From Callorhinchus milii (lineage: Eukaryota), in assembly GCF_018977255.1 (NCBI RefSeq), contig NW_024704742.1, positions 4,342,001-4,406,000 of the forward strand: a DNA stretch of 64,000 bases, written 5' to 3'. The position numbers and the translations under genes are program-made. This document shows positions 26,418 to 40,702 of the stretch, one piece after another. Within the stretch, counting starts at the first letter, position 1; every line of letters begins with the position of its first letter. The notes beneath the pieces are model-generated. The model was not told where the DNA came from, did no database searches, and worked only from the letters and a program-made list of their open reading frames with translations.

Positions 26418-27519
26418 ACTGGGAAATAAGTGAACCCTTGGGCCCCAGTGATTATTGGATGGTTAGATTTGATTTGGGGCTCAATTTATTGTTCTACCGT
26501 TTAAAACCAGAATGGACCCAGATATGTATGTTGCAGAGTTCTCCCCCATCCTGTTTTCCATGGTGAATTCCGTCAAGGTAGGCTTCTTTCATTCCACTTT
26601 TTCTTCTTTCGGTCAGCGTTTATTTTGAGTTGTTTATTTATTACGAAGTTGGTGTTGTGCTAATTTTGCAAATCGCAGACTGACCATTGAGAACGCCATT
26701 ATTGGGGGCGGGGGAGATGTGTGTGACATGCAGTTTTGGGTCATTCAATGTCCTAAAGATGGAATAAGCAATTAAATTATAATAACAACAACAACTAGAT
26801 TACATGTGTATAGCGTCCCAAGTAATAGTAATCCTTGCATTTGATACAGCACCTTATCACGTCTTCGAGACGACTCAAAGCGCTTCACAGAATATATTGT
26901 AATGTGAATTGACTGTATTTTGTGGGTCAAAAGGTTGTAGGTTTAAACCCCACACCAGCTCATGGTCTAGGCTGACTGAAATATTACGCAAAGGTCCCAT
27001 TTGCCTGGTCAGGTAGATTTTAAAAGCCCCATTGCACAATTTGAAAAAAGAAGGGAGTTTCTTCCAGCCAACAGTCCTCCACATATATTGTTCATTCACT
27101 TATTGTCTGTTTGTGGGAGTTTGCAATACCCAAATTGACTGCTGTGTTTACTTACAAATAGTAACCATAGCAGTCGCGTATCAAGTGCTTTGAGATGTTT
27201 CAATATTATAAATGCCTCATCAAATACAGCGAATAATATTATTATAATGTTCCACATGTGAGACTTATAAAGAAACTTAAAGATCAGTTTATTTTTCATA
27301 GGTTTTGGGATACTCAAAACTGTCTGAACAATAGAAAGACGAAAGTTGTGATAAATGGAAGAAGTGGGGAGAACAGTAACTAGTGATGATCCATTAAGAT
27401 CTGTCTTGGCTTCCTGCAGTTCACTTTATTAATTATAAATTAATTTATAAATGAGTTGGTGGTAAGTATTTACTGTTAAGTGTGATAACGAAACCGAGCT
27501 ACAACCATAATGACATGTC

Positions 27520-27860
27520 TGGTAGCTTAGTGGTGAGAGTACTGGGCAGGGCAAAACTTTAGGCAAGTTACCTAGCAGTAAGTCGGAACCCGGTTAGTCG
27601 ATTGGAGGATCGCTTTTCCGGGGGCAATAATCCCATCAAAATTTTAAAATAAATAAATAATAATGATAATTTGGTCGCTCAATCCATGACTGTTTGCGGG
27701 ATACCGCTGTGTGCAATTGGCTGCAGTGTTTGGCCCACAAAAATATACACTTTACAATATATTCTGTGAAGCGCTTTGAGACGTCTTGAAGACGTGGTAA
27801 GGCCGTACAGCAAATGCAAGGATTATTATATTATTATTATTATAATATATATATATATTA
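27520..27860 (+). mobile_element. SINE with internally deleted head
   Basis: gtagcttagtgg..., shared body and tail. Confidence 0.8.
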
Positions 27861-28009
27861 TGCCCATATTGAACTGTAGAAAGTTGGTGCTCATCCAGGA
27901 CCTTGATGTATACAAGTGTAATCTTTTGATGTTGTTGTTGATGTCAGTCAAGCAAGCAGTCAGAACATCTGTAGGACTGGGGTCGCGACTAGAGGAGGAA
28001 AAATAGACT

Positions 28010-28570
28010 TGAGTTGTGGCAGAGAATTCCATATGCACTCTGTGTAACAAAATGCTCTCCGACTCCCCGCTTTAATTTTTCTTGTGCATACCTTACATTT
28101 GTACCCTTTCATTTCTGAGTCGCTGACTTGCTGGAATAATCTCTTACTATTTACGGTATCATAACCATTCAGAATATTGATGACCTCCATCACTTCATCC
28201 CTTAACTGTCGTGAGACTTCTCAAGTATCTCTCTATAATTGAAACCCCTCATCCCTGGTAACATCCAGATGCAGCCCAGTACTTGATTTGACCTGTTGAC
28301 AAGTGGATTACAGTGATTGAATACTCGCGGCGGGATGGACAATGATCACACCCACATTCTTTTCTGTCTTTTCAATGGACACCCCTTCTTGGTACACACA
28401 TGGTCCATGTTTCCTGTTTGAATATGCATTATCCCACATTTATCCACATTAAAATCCATCTGCACTCCTTAATCCATCTGCTTAATTGATCTAAATTCAA
28501 CCGAACACTATCAATCTTCTTTCTACTCACCACCTGGCTACCTAACTTAGGTTAAGCAGCAGATTTCATA
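28010..28570 (-). mobile_element. Degenerate CR1 fragment
   Basis: MEVINILNGYDTVNSKRLFQ..DSEMKGYKCK...KAGSRRAFCYTECIWNSLP. Confidence 0.7.
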
Positions 28571-28794
28571 TTACAATGTCTGCTCCCAGTACGATAATCT
28601 CCTAATGTGATAGGAGATGTAAGGAAAGGGGAAATTTAATGTGAAAACTGGGGGACGGGAAAAGAGCTGGATACTGTTATTCGACTTTATTACACGACGC
28701 TCCTGAACCATGTGTGTCAGAACTGGAAAAATACCAGGTATAAGTGGGTGGACAGAAGACTGGATGGATATGCGGTATATTGGTCCCACAAATA

Positions 28795-29127
28795 TAGCAC
28801 TCGCCTCGCAAGTGAGAGGACCCTACTCTACACTGTCTCTGTTTACCTAGCAATAAGTAGGAACCATATTGTCAGTCGATTGGCAAATCGCATTTCCGGG
28901 GGTAATAATCCCTTCAAAATATATATTTGTATATTTTTTGAATAATAATAATTTGGTCACTCAATCTGTGATTGTTGCTGTGAGCAATTGGTTGCCGCGT
29001 TTCGCCCACAAAATATACAGTCAATTCACTTTATAGTATAGTCTGTGAAGCGCTTTGAAATGTCTCCAAGACCTGATAAGGCACTGTTTCAAATGCAATG
29101 ATTATTATGATTGTTATTATTATTATT
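28795..29127 (+). mobile_element. SINE copy
   Basis: agcactcgcctcgcaagtgagag head remnant, body and tail. Confidence 0.82.
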
Positions 29128-29774
29128 CCAGGTCCCAAGTCCCATGGTACTCGATACCACCAGAGCTGATAAGCTCCCACTGACTTGGATTCCCAGTCAG
29201 TTAGGTGAATCACTTTGAGATATCCTCTTGATGTGAAAGGCTATATAAATGTAATATAACTTATTGTTCTATAAGTTGTAGGAGAAAGGAGGACAGAGGA
29301 GGAATGGAATTCCATAGACTTGGGGAGAAAATAGAATAGATTCTAGATTTTAAGATGGGGAATCGAGAGAGTGCCCAGGAGGGTGAATTTAAAATATGGG
29401 AAATAGAAAGGAAAGTTAAGAGAGGAATGACCACAGTAGCCTTGACAAAATAAAGACAAGAAGGATGTTGGCAGAGAAAAAGCTAAGAAGCTGAAGGTGA
29501 GAGATAGTTTGCCCATTAGATGACAAGGTTTTTTTTTATATTGAGAAATAATGGTTTGTGAGATTTGCCAAAGGATTTAGAAATAGGTACGTGTGGATAC
29601 CTAACTGGCTGGTCCAGCAGGAGATCAGCATCAATCAGGGTGTGAGCAGAGTTCTGGAGGTCAGGCCCAATACTCCAGCCAACTCCACAACTCAGAAATT
29701 ATACTCCAGTAAAGTGAAAAAGAAGAAATTGTTGAGACCGGAGGAACTGGGAGAAAAGAAATTCATTGACCTGA

Positions 29775-30390
29775 TTCATGTTGGGATGTATCAAAAGATC
29801 CATAGCAAGCCAAAAGAGTGGGGTCATCCTGCCACTGTATCAATCATTGGTGAGACCGTACTTTGTACAGTTCTGGTCGGCCCAGTACAAAAAGGATATG
29901 GGAGAAAACGAGAGGATACTGAGGAAGGCAACCAAAATGATTGAGGGAATGGAGGGATAGAACTATGAAGAGCGACTGGGTAAATTGGGCATGTTTACAC
30001 TGAATAAGAAGATTGAGAGGCGATATGATTGCTGTCTTTAAGATTTTAAAGGGGCAAAGCAATACAGATCACGACAGGCTGTTTCAACTAGTCCATAACA
30101 GTGAAACCAGAGGACAAGGCCTGCGATTGAAGGGAAGTAAACTCAGAACGAATCTACGCAAACACTATTTCAGTGATCGGATGGTGAACCTGCGGAACAG
30201 GCTCACTAGGGAGGCGGTTGAAGTAGGAAAGTGTTGATTCTTTCAAACACAGATTAGATAGTTTTCTTGTAGGAAATAACATTGTGGGATATAGTACAGA
30301 GGGAGTTCGGGATATATGTGCATGCGACCGCCAGGAAGGTGGAAGGTGAATTGGATGGACCTTGGTCATTTTTTCGTTATAATATTTATT
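29775..30390 (+). mobile_element. CR1-clade LINE 3' fragment
   Basis: MLGCIKRSIAS...LPLYQSLVRP...VQFWS...RKATKMI...YEERL..LGMFTL.KKRLRGDMIAVFKILKG, the typical CR1 ORF2 C-terminus. Confidence 0.92.
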
Positions 30391-32219
30391 ACATGTACAG
30401 CCATAACCTGTTAAAGAGACCTAACCTCCACTCTCACTTGCTCTTCCTGGATCAGATTGATTAATGTTAACTGCTTTGTTTTCGTTTCTTGTAGCATTCC
30501 TCTGCAGTGACAGTAATCTGCAGAAATACTCGTTATTCCGTACCTCCTGTCTGGGTCATAACATCAGCACTGTAGTGTGCCTAGTTAATGCTAACTTCCC
30601 ATCTTCTGCAGGTAATTCCAAGCAACCAGTTACATGATAGATAATTGTGTCTTCCTTATCAACATTTAATGTAAGAGTTATTATCGTTGACCTCTCAGTC
30701 CTTAGGTCAACACCATTCTCACTGCTGATTTCATTCAGCACCTGTAGTGTCAGCCTGCACAGAAAAAGTGCAGACCTTTTGTCAGAAAGAATAATCTAGC
30801 CATCTGAAGCAGTCCACTGAAATGTATGTTAACGCTGTTTTATCCAGCACTAATGAGGTAATGTGTGGAGGCACTCAACATGAACACTGTGAGCAGAAAG
30901 CAGCGGTGGAATAGCTGAATGCCTCAGTTTCTGTAGCCTGATGGAGAGCGCTGTCGAAGGGCGAGGAGATAACTTATTGATGCAACATTCCACTGAGCCA
31001 AATTTTTCAGGGGTTTTAGATGGATGAAATAATAATGACACGTTGAAGGCCTACAATCAAACTTAGGCCACATGATAAAAATTCACTGTCTTTGTCCCTT
31101 TGTGATCTTATCATCGACGTCTCAAGCAGTTTCTCCACTTGCCTCAACTTTACACTTCAGGAGATATAAAAGCAGCTTCAGCCTATTAAAGCCAACTCCT
31201 TTGGATGATGTCTGAAGCTGCGACTTGTGTTCTGATTTCTTTTTACTGGTGAGTGAGGATAGGTGATGCTCACTCCCATTAACTGAATTAAACCGAAACG
31301 TGTTCCGCTTAGGCAACGAGGGTTGTCCCCCACAGACAAGCCCCAATCCCCACTCCCCAAACTCTTCTAGGCTCAAAACTGTCAAAGGACAATGCGGACC
31401 CGATACCTATCTTCACGACCACCTGAGCAGACTCCTCTCGGGCAGGACAAGCCTGGCCTGGGCCCTAGCGACCAGGTGCTCAAGTCAGCTCCGTATTCCA
31501 GTGTCTCCACTTACTCTGTGTGAGTGTATTTCACGAGCGAATCTCAACAGGAGAACTTTTCAAGCAAGGAAATGGCTGGCACTGACTAGCTCAGCATGAT
31601 GAGTGAGTGCTGCTGTCTGCAGTTCCCAGCACACTCGCGTTGCACACTGAGGGTGATATAAGACAATCTGTGGCCACCGTTAGAAATGGCTAAGTGTATT
31701 CCACTGGTCACTATTCAGTGCTCCTGGCTAGGATGTGATTGTGCATTGACATCAGGTAAGAGCAGACTAGGACTCAGCTATGAATCTCCCTGTCAACTCA
31801 GTGAACAAAGCTGCAAACAACACAACAACAAAATACACTTGTATCGCGCCCTTCACGTCACAAACACCCCGTGCTTAGACTCACGTGAACAATCCAAACT
31901 TGGACGAAGTACCAAAGGGATATTATCATCTGTAAATTCTTCTTCATCAATTGCCTACCAAATACAATCCATTCCACAGTAAATTCTGTGAAGCGCTTTT
32001 AGATGTTTTAATGATATGATCGAATGCAATGTCGAATGTACGTATTATTATTATTTTATCATTTTTAACCACTGAGTCAAGTCCTGGTATTTATGTTAAT
32101 AATAATATTAATAAAAATAATAATCCTTGCATTTGATATAGCACTTGATCCAGGCCTAAACTGAGTCTGACTGAGAAAGGGGCAGGTCATTGATTACTGT
32201 GACTGAGAAAGCGACAGGT

Positions 32220-32432
32220 TATAATAATAATAATAATAATAATAATAATCCTTGCATTTGTTATAGTGCCTTATCACACCTTTGAGACGTTTCAAAGCGC
32301 TTCACAGAATATATTGTAAAGTGAATTGACTGTATATTTTGTGGGTGAAACGCAGCAGTCAATTGCTCACAGCAGCAGCCCACTGGAAGTCATGGATTGA
32401 GTGACCACATTTCTTTTTGAAGGGATTATTAA
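32220..32432 (-). mobile_element. SINE 3' half
   Basis: Tail and core. Confidence 0.85.
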
Positions 32433-32620
32433 TTATTGGATCACAGCATTAGAATCTTTACACGTTCATGTAAAGACACGCGTACAGTGGGCGTTGTCAT
32501 TTTATAGACGTGGAGGTGCAGAATAAGACAGCTAGACGGGGAATATTTTCACATTCTCTATTTTTCTCACATCCCCACATTTCCTGTTAATGTCAACAGC
32601 AAAGCTATTTAACAGTAGAG

Positions 32621-32621
<1 letters not shown>

Positions 32622-32652
<31 letters not shown>
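32622..32652. repeat. (GT)n microsatellite
   Basis: Pure dinucleotide run. Confidence 0.95.
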
Positions 32653-32654
<2 letters not shown>

Positions 32655-34428
32655 AAAAAAAACCTTTTCAGCTTTTGACATTTTGGAGCTTTAGCTGCTG
32701 ATCTGAGTGAAAAGTTAGCAATGCGTTGAACAGTTAGAGGTGTTTCTTGAAATGAAGATGGAAACATCTGGTTTAATCTTTTTCTGTGTGGCTTAGATAC
32801 TAAACCACGCTCCCTCCTCAGTGGTAAGCAGCGTACACCTTGCTATAGATGCTCCTAAGGTATTGAATTCTTTTCTTCTTCTCAGATTGGAGTTAAATAG
32901 ACCCCATCAGTAAATGCTTCTGTACTTGAATTAGAGGTTGTAGGAAGATATTTCTGTGTGCGTAGTGACAGTATCTGTTCCAATTTGTCTGTGCCATTCC
33001 TAAACTGTCTCCTGTGAATATCTACTGTACTAAAACCCTCTGAGAATCCTCCATTAAGCTGCCAAAGAAGGCAAGATTGAATTCTAGTGTCAGGGAAAGA
33101 AGCACTTTAAGCTTCCTTCATAGAAAGAATAAGGTGACGCTTCGTATTTCATAGTTGGCCAAGTCAAATTAATGATAAAACTCAAAGTGATTCCAACTGG
33201 CTGGTTGAAATAAATCTGTTTAGTTCATACGGTCACATTTCAGGAGTTTTGTTCTGTTAAGCTGCGACTTGTTCAAGGTGAGCATTGTGACCTTGACACC
33301 CTCATTTCTGTTAAACAACAGGTTGCATGTTTTGATTGGAAACAATTTTTTTTTTAATTTGCCTCCGTCCGTTCATTTAGAAAAGTAAATTAAAATCATG
33401 CAAAGATTATTGAGAAATTGAAAGATTAGTTTTAATCGCAACCATCGCCACAGGTTAATTTACCAGTTGATAATAGGAAAGTGCTTTGTTTAAATAACAG
33501 TCTATGTGAACCGCGTGCGCTTTTGTAGTTTTATAGGTTAAATGAAAGGGAGCTGGGATCTGAGTAATGGCTTTAGAAAGGTCTAAGTGTGAATTTATAC
33601 CATTGACGTATTAACAATGCAGTCGTTATGCATATACTGTCTTAGCTAGCACCTCATCAATAATACCTTGGCAATGTTTCTAGCATCCCAGGCAATCATT
33701 ACTAGTCATCACATTAGTAATTGCTTCACTTGCCATCCTATTAACTTGGCAAGTGGATTGTGCATTGTACCGTGTCTTGCAGATACTGGTAATGTAGGGT
33801 GGTAACTGGTATTACAAGTCAATGCCAAACACAGCAGTATTTAAAACTCCAACACACCAGCCCTAAATATCAGGGGCTGATCAATGTTATACCCGCTAAT
33901 GCCATGAGTATGTTGCAGTGTCCTCAGCCCCCTTTCCCTTGCTCTTCTTTTTCAAGTGTTAGATAAGTGCGAGCTTCTTTACGCTTTCCAATAGATGGAA
34001 CTGTATGAATCAACAATAAGAATGAATGCCTTCAATTAAAAAAAAATCAGAGCTAATGCCCACCCAGCAAAGTTCTGGAGATAAACAGACATACGTACTG
34101 TGGTCTGAGTTTAGCGTTTGCCTTGTACACTGATTGCTCTCATCTTTGCGATGCGTTGAGCAAAGCCTGTCTTGAAGGATCACCTCTCTACAGTGACCGC
34201 TTGAGGTCAACAATGTTGATAAGTCAATGAATCACGCAGGAACTTGGTATTAGAAGACCCCCTGCTTGTAAAGGACCCCCACCTGAATTCGGTCCCAAAG
34301 GTGGTCACTACAGCCAGGTTTCTCAGTGCTGTGGGTACAAGGGCGATCTGTTCACAGCAGGAGAGAACCTCGTTCTGCAGGCCAGCTGACTGAAACCTTA
34401 CGCATTAAATGCCAGTTGCACATCCTAG

Positions 34429-34656
<228 letters not shown>

Positions 34657-37600
34657 TAATGCATCGTTGCTGCAATCACTGGCTCAAAGAGGCAGTGGAA
34701 GGAGAGCTAAAACACTGGTCTCATTAACCTATGTACGCTCAGCCACTTCTCCACAGGGATAAAACACTTAGACACATCTCCTAATATTTCTTCTTTCACT
34801 TAACTGTCAGGTTTACCAATCTCCAGGGATTTCCGTAACAGACTGGGACAGAAAAAGGGTTTGTTGTCCGAGAATAGTGATGTGGGTAAAAATCCAGTCA
34901 TTAATAGGACTCGGAAGCCCAGCTGTCCTTTAAGAAGACCGGTAATTTGTTTTTAATGAAAACATGCATTTTATTTTTAAATGACCCTTAACAAATTAGT
35001 TTGCAGGACTATTTATTAATGATCTGACTGAGCGCTACAAGAACAATACTAGGCCTGGCACTGCACTTTTTTTTTTTGCACGTGTTTCTGGGGGAGAACA
35101 AGCCCCGTTCATCAGTGCTGGCTTGACTTTGATTGCTGTTTTGACATTTGATAATACTGACAATAGATGCTTTAGATCTGGACTAAAAAAGGAAAGGCTC
35201 GCTCCCTGTGTTGTTCTGGATTAGGCCCCGCAATCCAAAACGTTACTTTTATCAAAAGCACAACAGTGATTTTGTTTTGTGCTTTTAAATCACTGACTGA
35301 CTAACTAGTCAAGCAATCTAACCCTGACTATCGGAGAGGAATAAAGAACTGTCAGGCAAACTTTATTACTGGAAGAACGGAACACTCGTAGCAGGGTAGG
35401 GGGTGAGAAAGCTCCTCAGTGAACTGGTTTCCTCTGTGTTTGCTGTCTCTAAAACACAATAAATCAGAGAAGAGCAGTGGAGTCACCAGAGCTGTTACTG
35501 CAGACTGCAAAATGAGGCTTTTGCTATTCATTTCCTTACCATTACTTTTCATTACAGTTGGAGTTTTTCAAGTGTAAACTAGAGAGCAGCTGTATAAGGA
35601 GATCCCACTGGAGAGAGAGGGAGACACACACGCACACAGACACCCACAAAACCATTCTGTTTGCAGCAAAGTACTCAGGGCAAATCTAGCAATGAATTGA
35701 AAAAGAATAGAAACCGCGTGAAAATTCATGCACAAGTCAAATCTCTACCGGATAACAAACTCGTCTCATTGCTTATTATCATTCACTCTTTCCCAATGAT
35801 CTGTCTTTGTGTGTGGGTGTATGTAATCAAGCGTGTGTGTGTGTGTATTTTTTTATATGGTGCTCACAACTGCGGTTCCTATTTTAATTATAGCTTTTTT
35901 GGGTGAAAAATTAATTTTAAACGAGGCCCTCACACCCCTCAGACATGGAGGAACAGTGGGAACTTAATGAAGTGGATTCCTTTTTTTTGTGTCACAGAAT
36001 TCACACACAGTTGTTCCTTGAGTAATGGCAAAACTCCTGTTACAATTGCTTACAAGTGGCCAGTTATTGTGAAGCAGTTCTAATTGTTCTAATGCAATCC
36101 AACACCTCGGATGATTTGCCTGAATTAATTACATTATACTGAATTGAAGTTTTCATTTTTCCTGTTAAGCATGAGATATTTTATCCGCCACAAGCAAAAA
36201 AAAAAAGGGATTTCTAGAAAAAAAAATCTGTCAAAAATCGGTGGATTATCTAAACATTGTTTAAAATAGGAATCAATTGTTTTAAACTGTTCCCTCGCGC
36301 CCCCCCCCCCCCCCCCCACCCCTTTCCTGTTTAGAAATCTCCTTGCATTTGTAATAACGGAATTACCATAATTTGCTCGTTAATGCAACTAGATCAGTCA
36401 AGCATTTTTGAAAACAAGCAGGAGCCGCTCACTGCTATAGGTCTGGTGGCAAGTTAAGGCAACGTGAAAATTAGCATGCAAATGGTCCTAATTCCACAGT
36501 CGAGCTGTCAGTTCTGCATTCAGCAGCCTGTTTCATTTGAAATCCCTGTCAGCGGTGGCTTATCCATTCCCACCCTCAAGTAGTTACAAGCACAAGAGGC
36601 ATCTTGGGGCACTTTGTGAATGACAGTTTGGCGAGTTTCAGTCAAACAAATCAGTCACGTCAACGTGGAACAGCATATAGCTCCTCAGAGGGTGGGCTCA
36701 TTTCCTCTGAGCCCCTCAACCAAACTTTCTCTACCCTATCAAAGGTTGAGGCCGATGGGAGAAGGTCTCCCATTGTTTGTCCGCAGCTGCAGGCCACTAG
36801 GGAATGTGAGGGGAAGAACTCTTTCTCGGCCTACAGTACACTGATTTTTCTTCCAACAAAAACACTTGCATTATCATTTTAAACTGTAAGCTGCCGTAAA
36901 CCGTGGAATTTATTTAATGTGTGTTCCGCCTGCAGTAAAGGAATGGGGGAGCCGAACAACGTTTAAATGGTTAAAGACAATGATCTTGTTTGCAGACCGA
37001 AATGTTTCCCCATGAAAAGGGGCACTTAATTCGAAGGAAGGGGAATGTGTTGTAGGTGATAATGAAACGTCAAAAGTATCAAAGCACTAACGTATCTATG
37101 ATTTTTTAAAAAAAGAGTTGAACGGAGGTATCTCGAGGCTATAAGCAGACTGACAGATCATCCTAACATTTGATGTAAGCAACTTTCATGTCGGGAGGAT
37201 GTCTCAAATCACGTCACAAATAAATAAATAAATAGTATATAGTCTGTATCACACACATAAAATAAGCATATATATCAGTAATATATATCTCACATAAATT
37301 TAAGACATATTCCTGAAATCTGTCTCAGAATAGCATTTGTTTCACATAATGGAGGTGTTTTTAGTAGAGAGACTTTTATTTATTTTCTTTGCTTCTTTCG
37401 ATTGTTTTTTGATGCCGGTAACACACAAAAAAACTCCCAACATTTTACACGTGAAACGACAACAAGGTTTCATCTTTTTCAGCCTCTTCTGAGGAGAAGA
37501 TGATCTTTTTGGTGCTAAATCACATCAAATTCCGCTTGTGATCCTCTTGACTGTTTCAGATTAATCATTTGTGAAATATTAAAATGTTACGTTTAAGCAA

Positions 37601-38072
37601 TCAAGTTGATCGAAAGACTTGTTTGGGAAGCTCCAGAAACCTAATTGTCTTGTGTGTATAAATCATGGAGTTAATTTCTGCTCAGATAAGGTGTCCTCTA
37701 CCTCACCTATTAACAAATATAGTTTAAAAGGAACTGAAGGGCTGAGCAGCTGTGTCTCTTTGACAGTAAAGGACGTTAAACTGCCCCCATCACATTGCTT
37801 TGGACGCATGAATGGAAAACACTTAGGCAAGAATGAGCTACAAGGCATTTATTATCGGGCTGGTGCTTGCCATGCTTTCTTCTGTCAGGCCTTGAAGTTC
37901 AAAATATACAGTCAGTTCACTTTAGAGTATATTCTGTGAAGCGCTTTCAGTCGCCTCACTGATGTGATAAGGCGCTATATCAAACACAAGGATTATTATT
38001 ACTATTAGCAACGGATCAGCCTCCGTGTCCAGGGCTCTCTGTGCCTGGGCCTCCCTGTGTCTAGGCTGCTGC

Positions 38073-38398
38073 GTATCTCACCTGCCTGTCCTCTCACTGT
38101 ATCTCACCTGCCTGTCCTCACTGTATCTCACCTGCCTGTCCTCACTGTATCTCACCTGCCTGTCCTCTCACTGTATCTCACCTGCCTGTCCTCACTGTAT
38201 CTCACCTGCCTGTCCTCACTGTATCTCACCTGCCTGTCCTCACTGTATCTCACCTGCCTGTCCTCTCACTGTATCTCACCTGCCTGTCCTCTCACTGTAT
38301 CTGCCTGTCCTCACTGTATCTCACCTGCCTGTCCTCACTGTATCTCACCTGCCTGTCCTCACTGTATCTCACCTGCCTGTCCTCACTGTATCTCACCT
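38073..38398. repeat. Minisatellite, 24/26-bp unit GTATCTCACCTGCCTGTCCT(CT)CACT, ~13.5 copies
   Basis: Direct tandem array; one 19-bp deleted unit. Confidence 0.97.
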
Positions 38399-39371
38399 TC
38401 CTAGTCTATGTGTTTCCATTTTAAGTGGCTGGGGTTATGAATGAACCTTGTAAATCTATTTATTTGACCCTTATTAAGAAGGCGAGATCATTATTAAATC
38501 TGAGGGAAAGACTGACTGTTTACACTTTTTACAGTGGAGCCTTCTCTTTAAGTGACATTCCTCCTGCTCTTTACATTCACGCACATTACTGATCCACGAT
38601 GATCATTAGAAATCATTGTAACTATTTGTGGATCTCCGCTTATGTAGGTCTATACGGTATTGTGGCTGTCTTTGCATGGGTGTATGTGTGTGTAGTGTTT
38701 GGGTATATGTTTATATATATATAAATTACTCATGTAAGATGTGTGTGTATGGTACTTGGATATTAATATGCGTTGTATATATTGTGTGGATTGTGTGCTT
38801 ATACACATAGTGTGTGTGTATATGTATATATCTATACTGTATATTGTTGTGTGTTTATAATACGTCACTGAGTTAAAAAAAACAGCTTTCCACAAGTAGA
38901 ATATCCAACTTATCAGTATAAATATCAGTAGAACTGACAAGGTTACAATATCCAGCTGTTTTGATTGATTTTCCTTGACTGCAAAAGCAATAGAAACAAT
39001 CATCATTTATAAATTGAATGCACGCTTTTGCATGTCAGTGACAGAATATGCCAGCAGCGAGACAGAGGTATCTCCTCTCGTCAGCCGACCGGTCACCTCT
39101 GCCTGTGGAGGGAGTCAGCGATGCCGGTGGCTACCACACAGGAAATGTTACTTCTGGTAAACGGAGTGGTGCAGGGGTTTGCAAACTGGCTGTTCCTGGG
39201 AGCTGTGTTTAAATCAAGCCCAGACTGATGGGATGAAAAAATGTGGTGCGTCTGTCAGGCGTGGATTTGCAGCAGAAACCTGTCCTTATGTCAAACCTAA
39301 ACTGAGTCTGACTGAGAAAGGGGCCGGTCATTGATTGTGTGACATATTGTGTGACTGAGCAAGCAGCAGGT

Positions 39372-39543
39372 TATAATAATAATAATCCTTGCATTTGATA
39401 TAGCAGCTTATCGCGTCTTTGAGACGTCTCAAAGCGCTTCACGGAGTATACTGTAAAGTGAATTGACTGCATATTTCGCAGGCGAAAGGCGGCAGCCAAT
39501 TGCGCACAGCGGCGTCCCACAGACAGTCGTGGATTGAGTGACA
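39372..39543 (-). mobile_element. SINE 3' half (GC-shifted copy)
   Basis: Tail and core. Confidence 0.85.
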
Positions 39544-40289
39544 GTTCATAAAAAAAATGTAAATGATGGTGTGACTGAGACAGTATAACTGAGGGTCTGA
39601 ACTGAGAAAGGGGCAGGTCACGGAGGGTGTGGGTGACGGACGTGTCACGCTGCTGTAGAGGACGTCTCTGTTGCGCCGCAGGTTCTGAGGCATGTTCCAG
39701 GCACAGTAAAGAGAGGTTTATCGGGCCATACCTAAGGAACGTTAGCACTGACAGTGCAGGCCTGCAATACGAGCGGCTTCCACTTCCAGGCACCTTACAG
39801 CAGCAAAACAATTCACAAAACTGTTCAAGAATAAGTTCAGTTAAAATATTTCCAACCCGATTTGAATGATCCGAGGCATCAGTTTCCTGTCGTCGGGGAT
39901 CCATTTGGCCTGAATTCCATCCCTTCGGTTAAGGTGATTCAAGAATTATTACACTTGAGCTCTTCGCAAGAATATGCGCTGTTAATGAACTGGGCTTTGT
40001 ATATCTGGGAAAAGACCGATCGAAAACCACCACCAAAAAAAAAACACCCCGATGACCAACGGCACTTTGTTTCTCAGTGACAGGTTGACATAAATCACAC
40101 ACATTCCCGCAGCGATGGACTCTGCTGCTACTTTCTCCGCTGCGTGAAGATATTTTATACTCAATGTTACTTTACATACCGGACGGAGCTGCTGAGATGT
40201 GTGTTTTGCAAATCAGATGCCCTGGAATAGTAAACCCACAGACTGGCTGCATTTTTCCCTGTTCGGATATTAAAAATAAAATTAAAAAA

Positions 40290-40470
40290 AAAAATTTGGT
40301 CACTTCGATCCACGACTGTTTGTGGGGACGCTGCCGTGCGCAATTGGCTGCCGCCTTTCGCCCGCAAAATACGCAGTCGATTCACTTTACAGTATGGTCC
40401 GTGAAGCGCTTTGAGACGTCGCGAAGACGTGACGAGGTGCCACATCAAACGCAAGGGTTACTGTTATGAT
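40290..40470 (+). mobile_element. SINE 3' half (strongly GC-shifted copy)
   Basis: Core and tail recognisable despite many substitutions. Confidence 0.85.
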
Positions 40471-40702
40471 TTACGGTAAATGTGAGTCGTCGCTGTTGCG
40501 AAAGAAACAAACAGCGACGTAAACGGGGAACAAGATAGAGACAGTCAGCTCGAGAATTCTCGCCTCGAGCGCGGACTCGCTCGAAGATAGGATCAGCTCA
40601 GGCCACACTGACAGAACGCATCGACTCAAACGTCAGTCACCACAGGCAAATTGAGAACGTGCTTTCTTCCCCACAACACAACTCTAAATCTGGCATTCAG
40701 TC

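Noticed and set aside
34339..34370. KGDLFT resembling Pax5 exon 6 (RGDLFTQQQ)
   Set aside because: Only five residues match, the position is wrong and there are no supporting splice sites; exon 6 should lie upstream of the window.
38025..38444. Repetitive ORFs (CISPACPH / VSHLPVLT), and a superficially CRISPR-like array
   Set aside because: Translation of a minisatellite; there are no unique spacers or cas genes and the context is eukaryotic.
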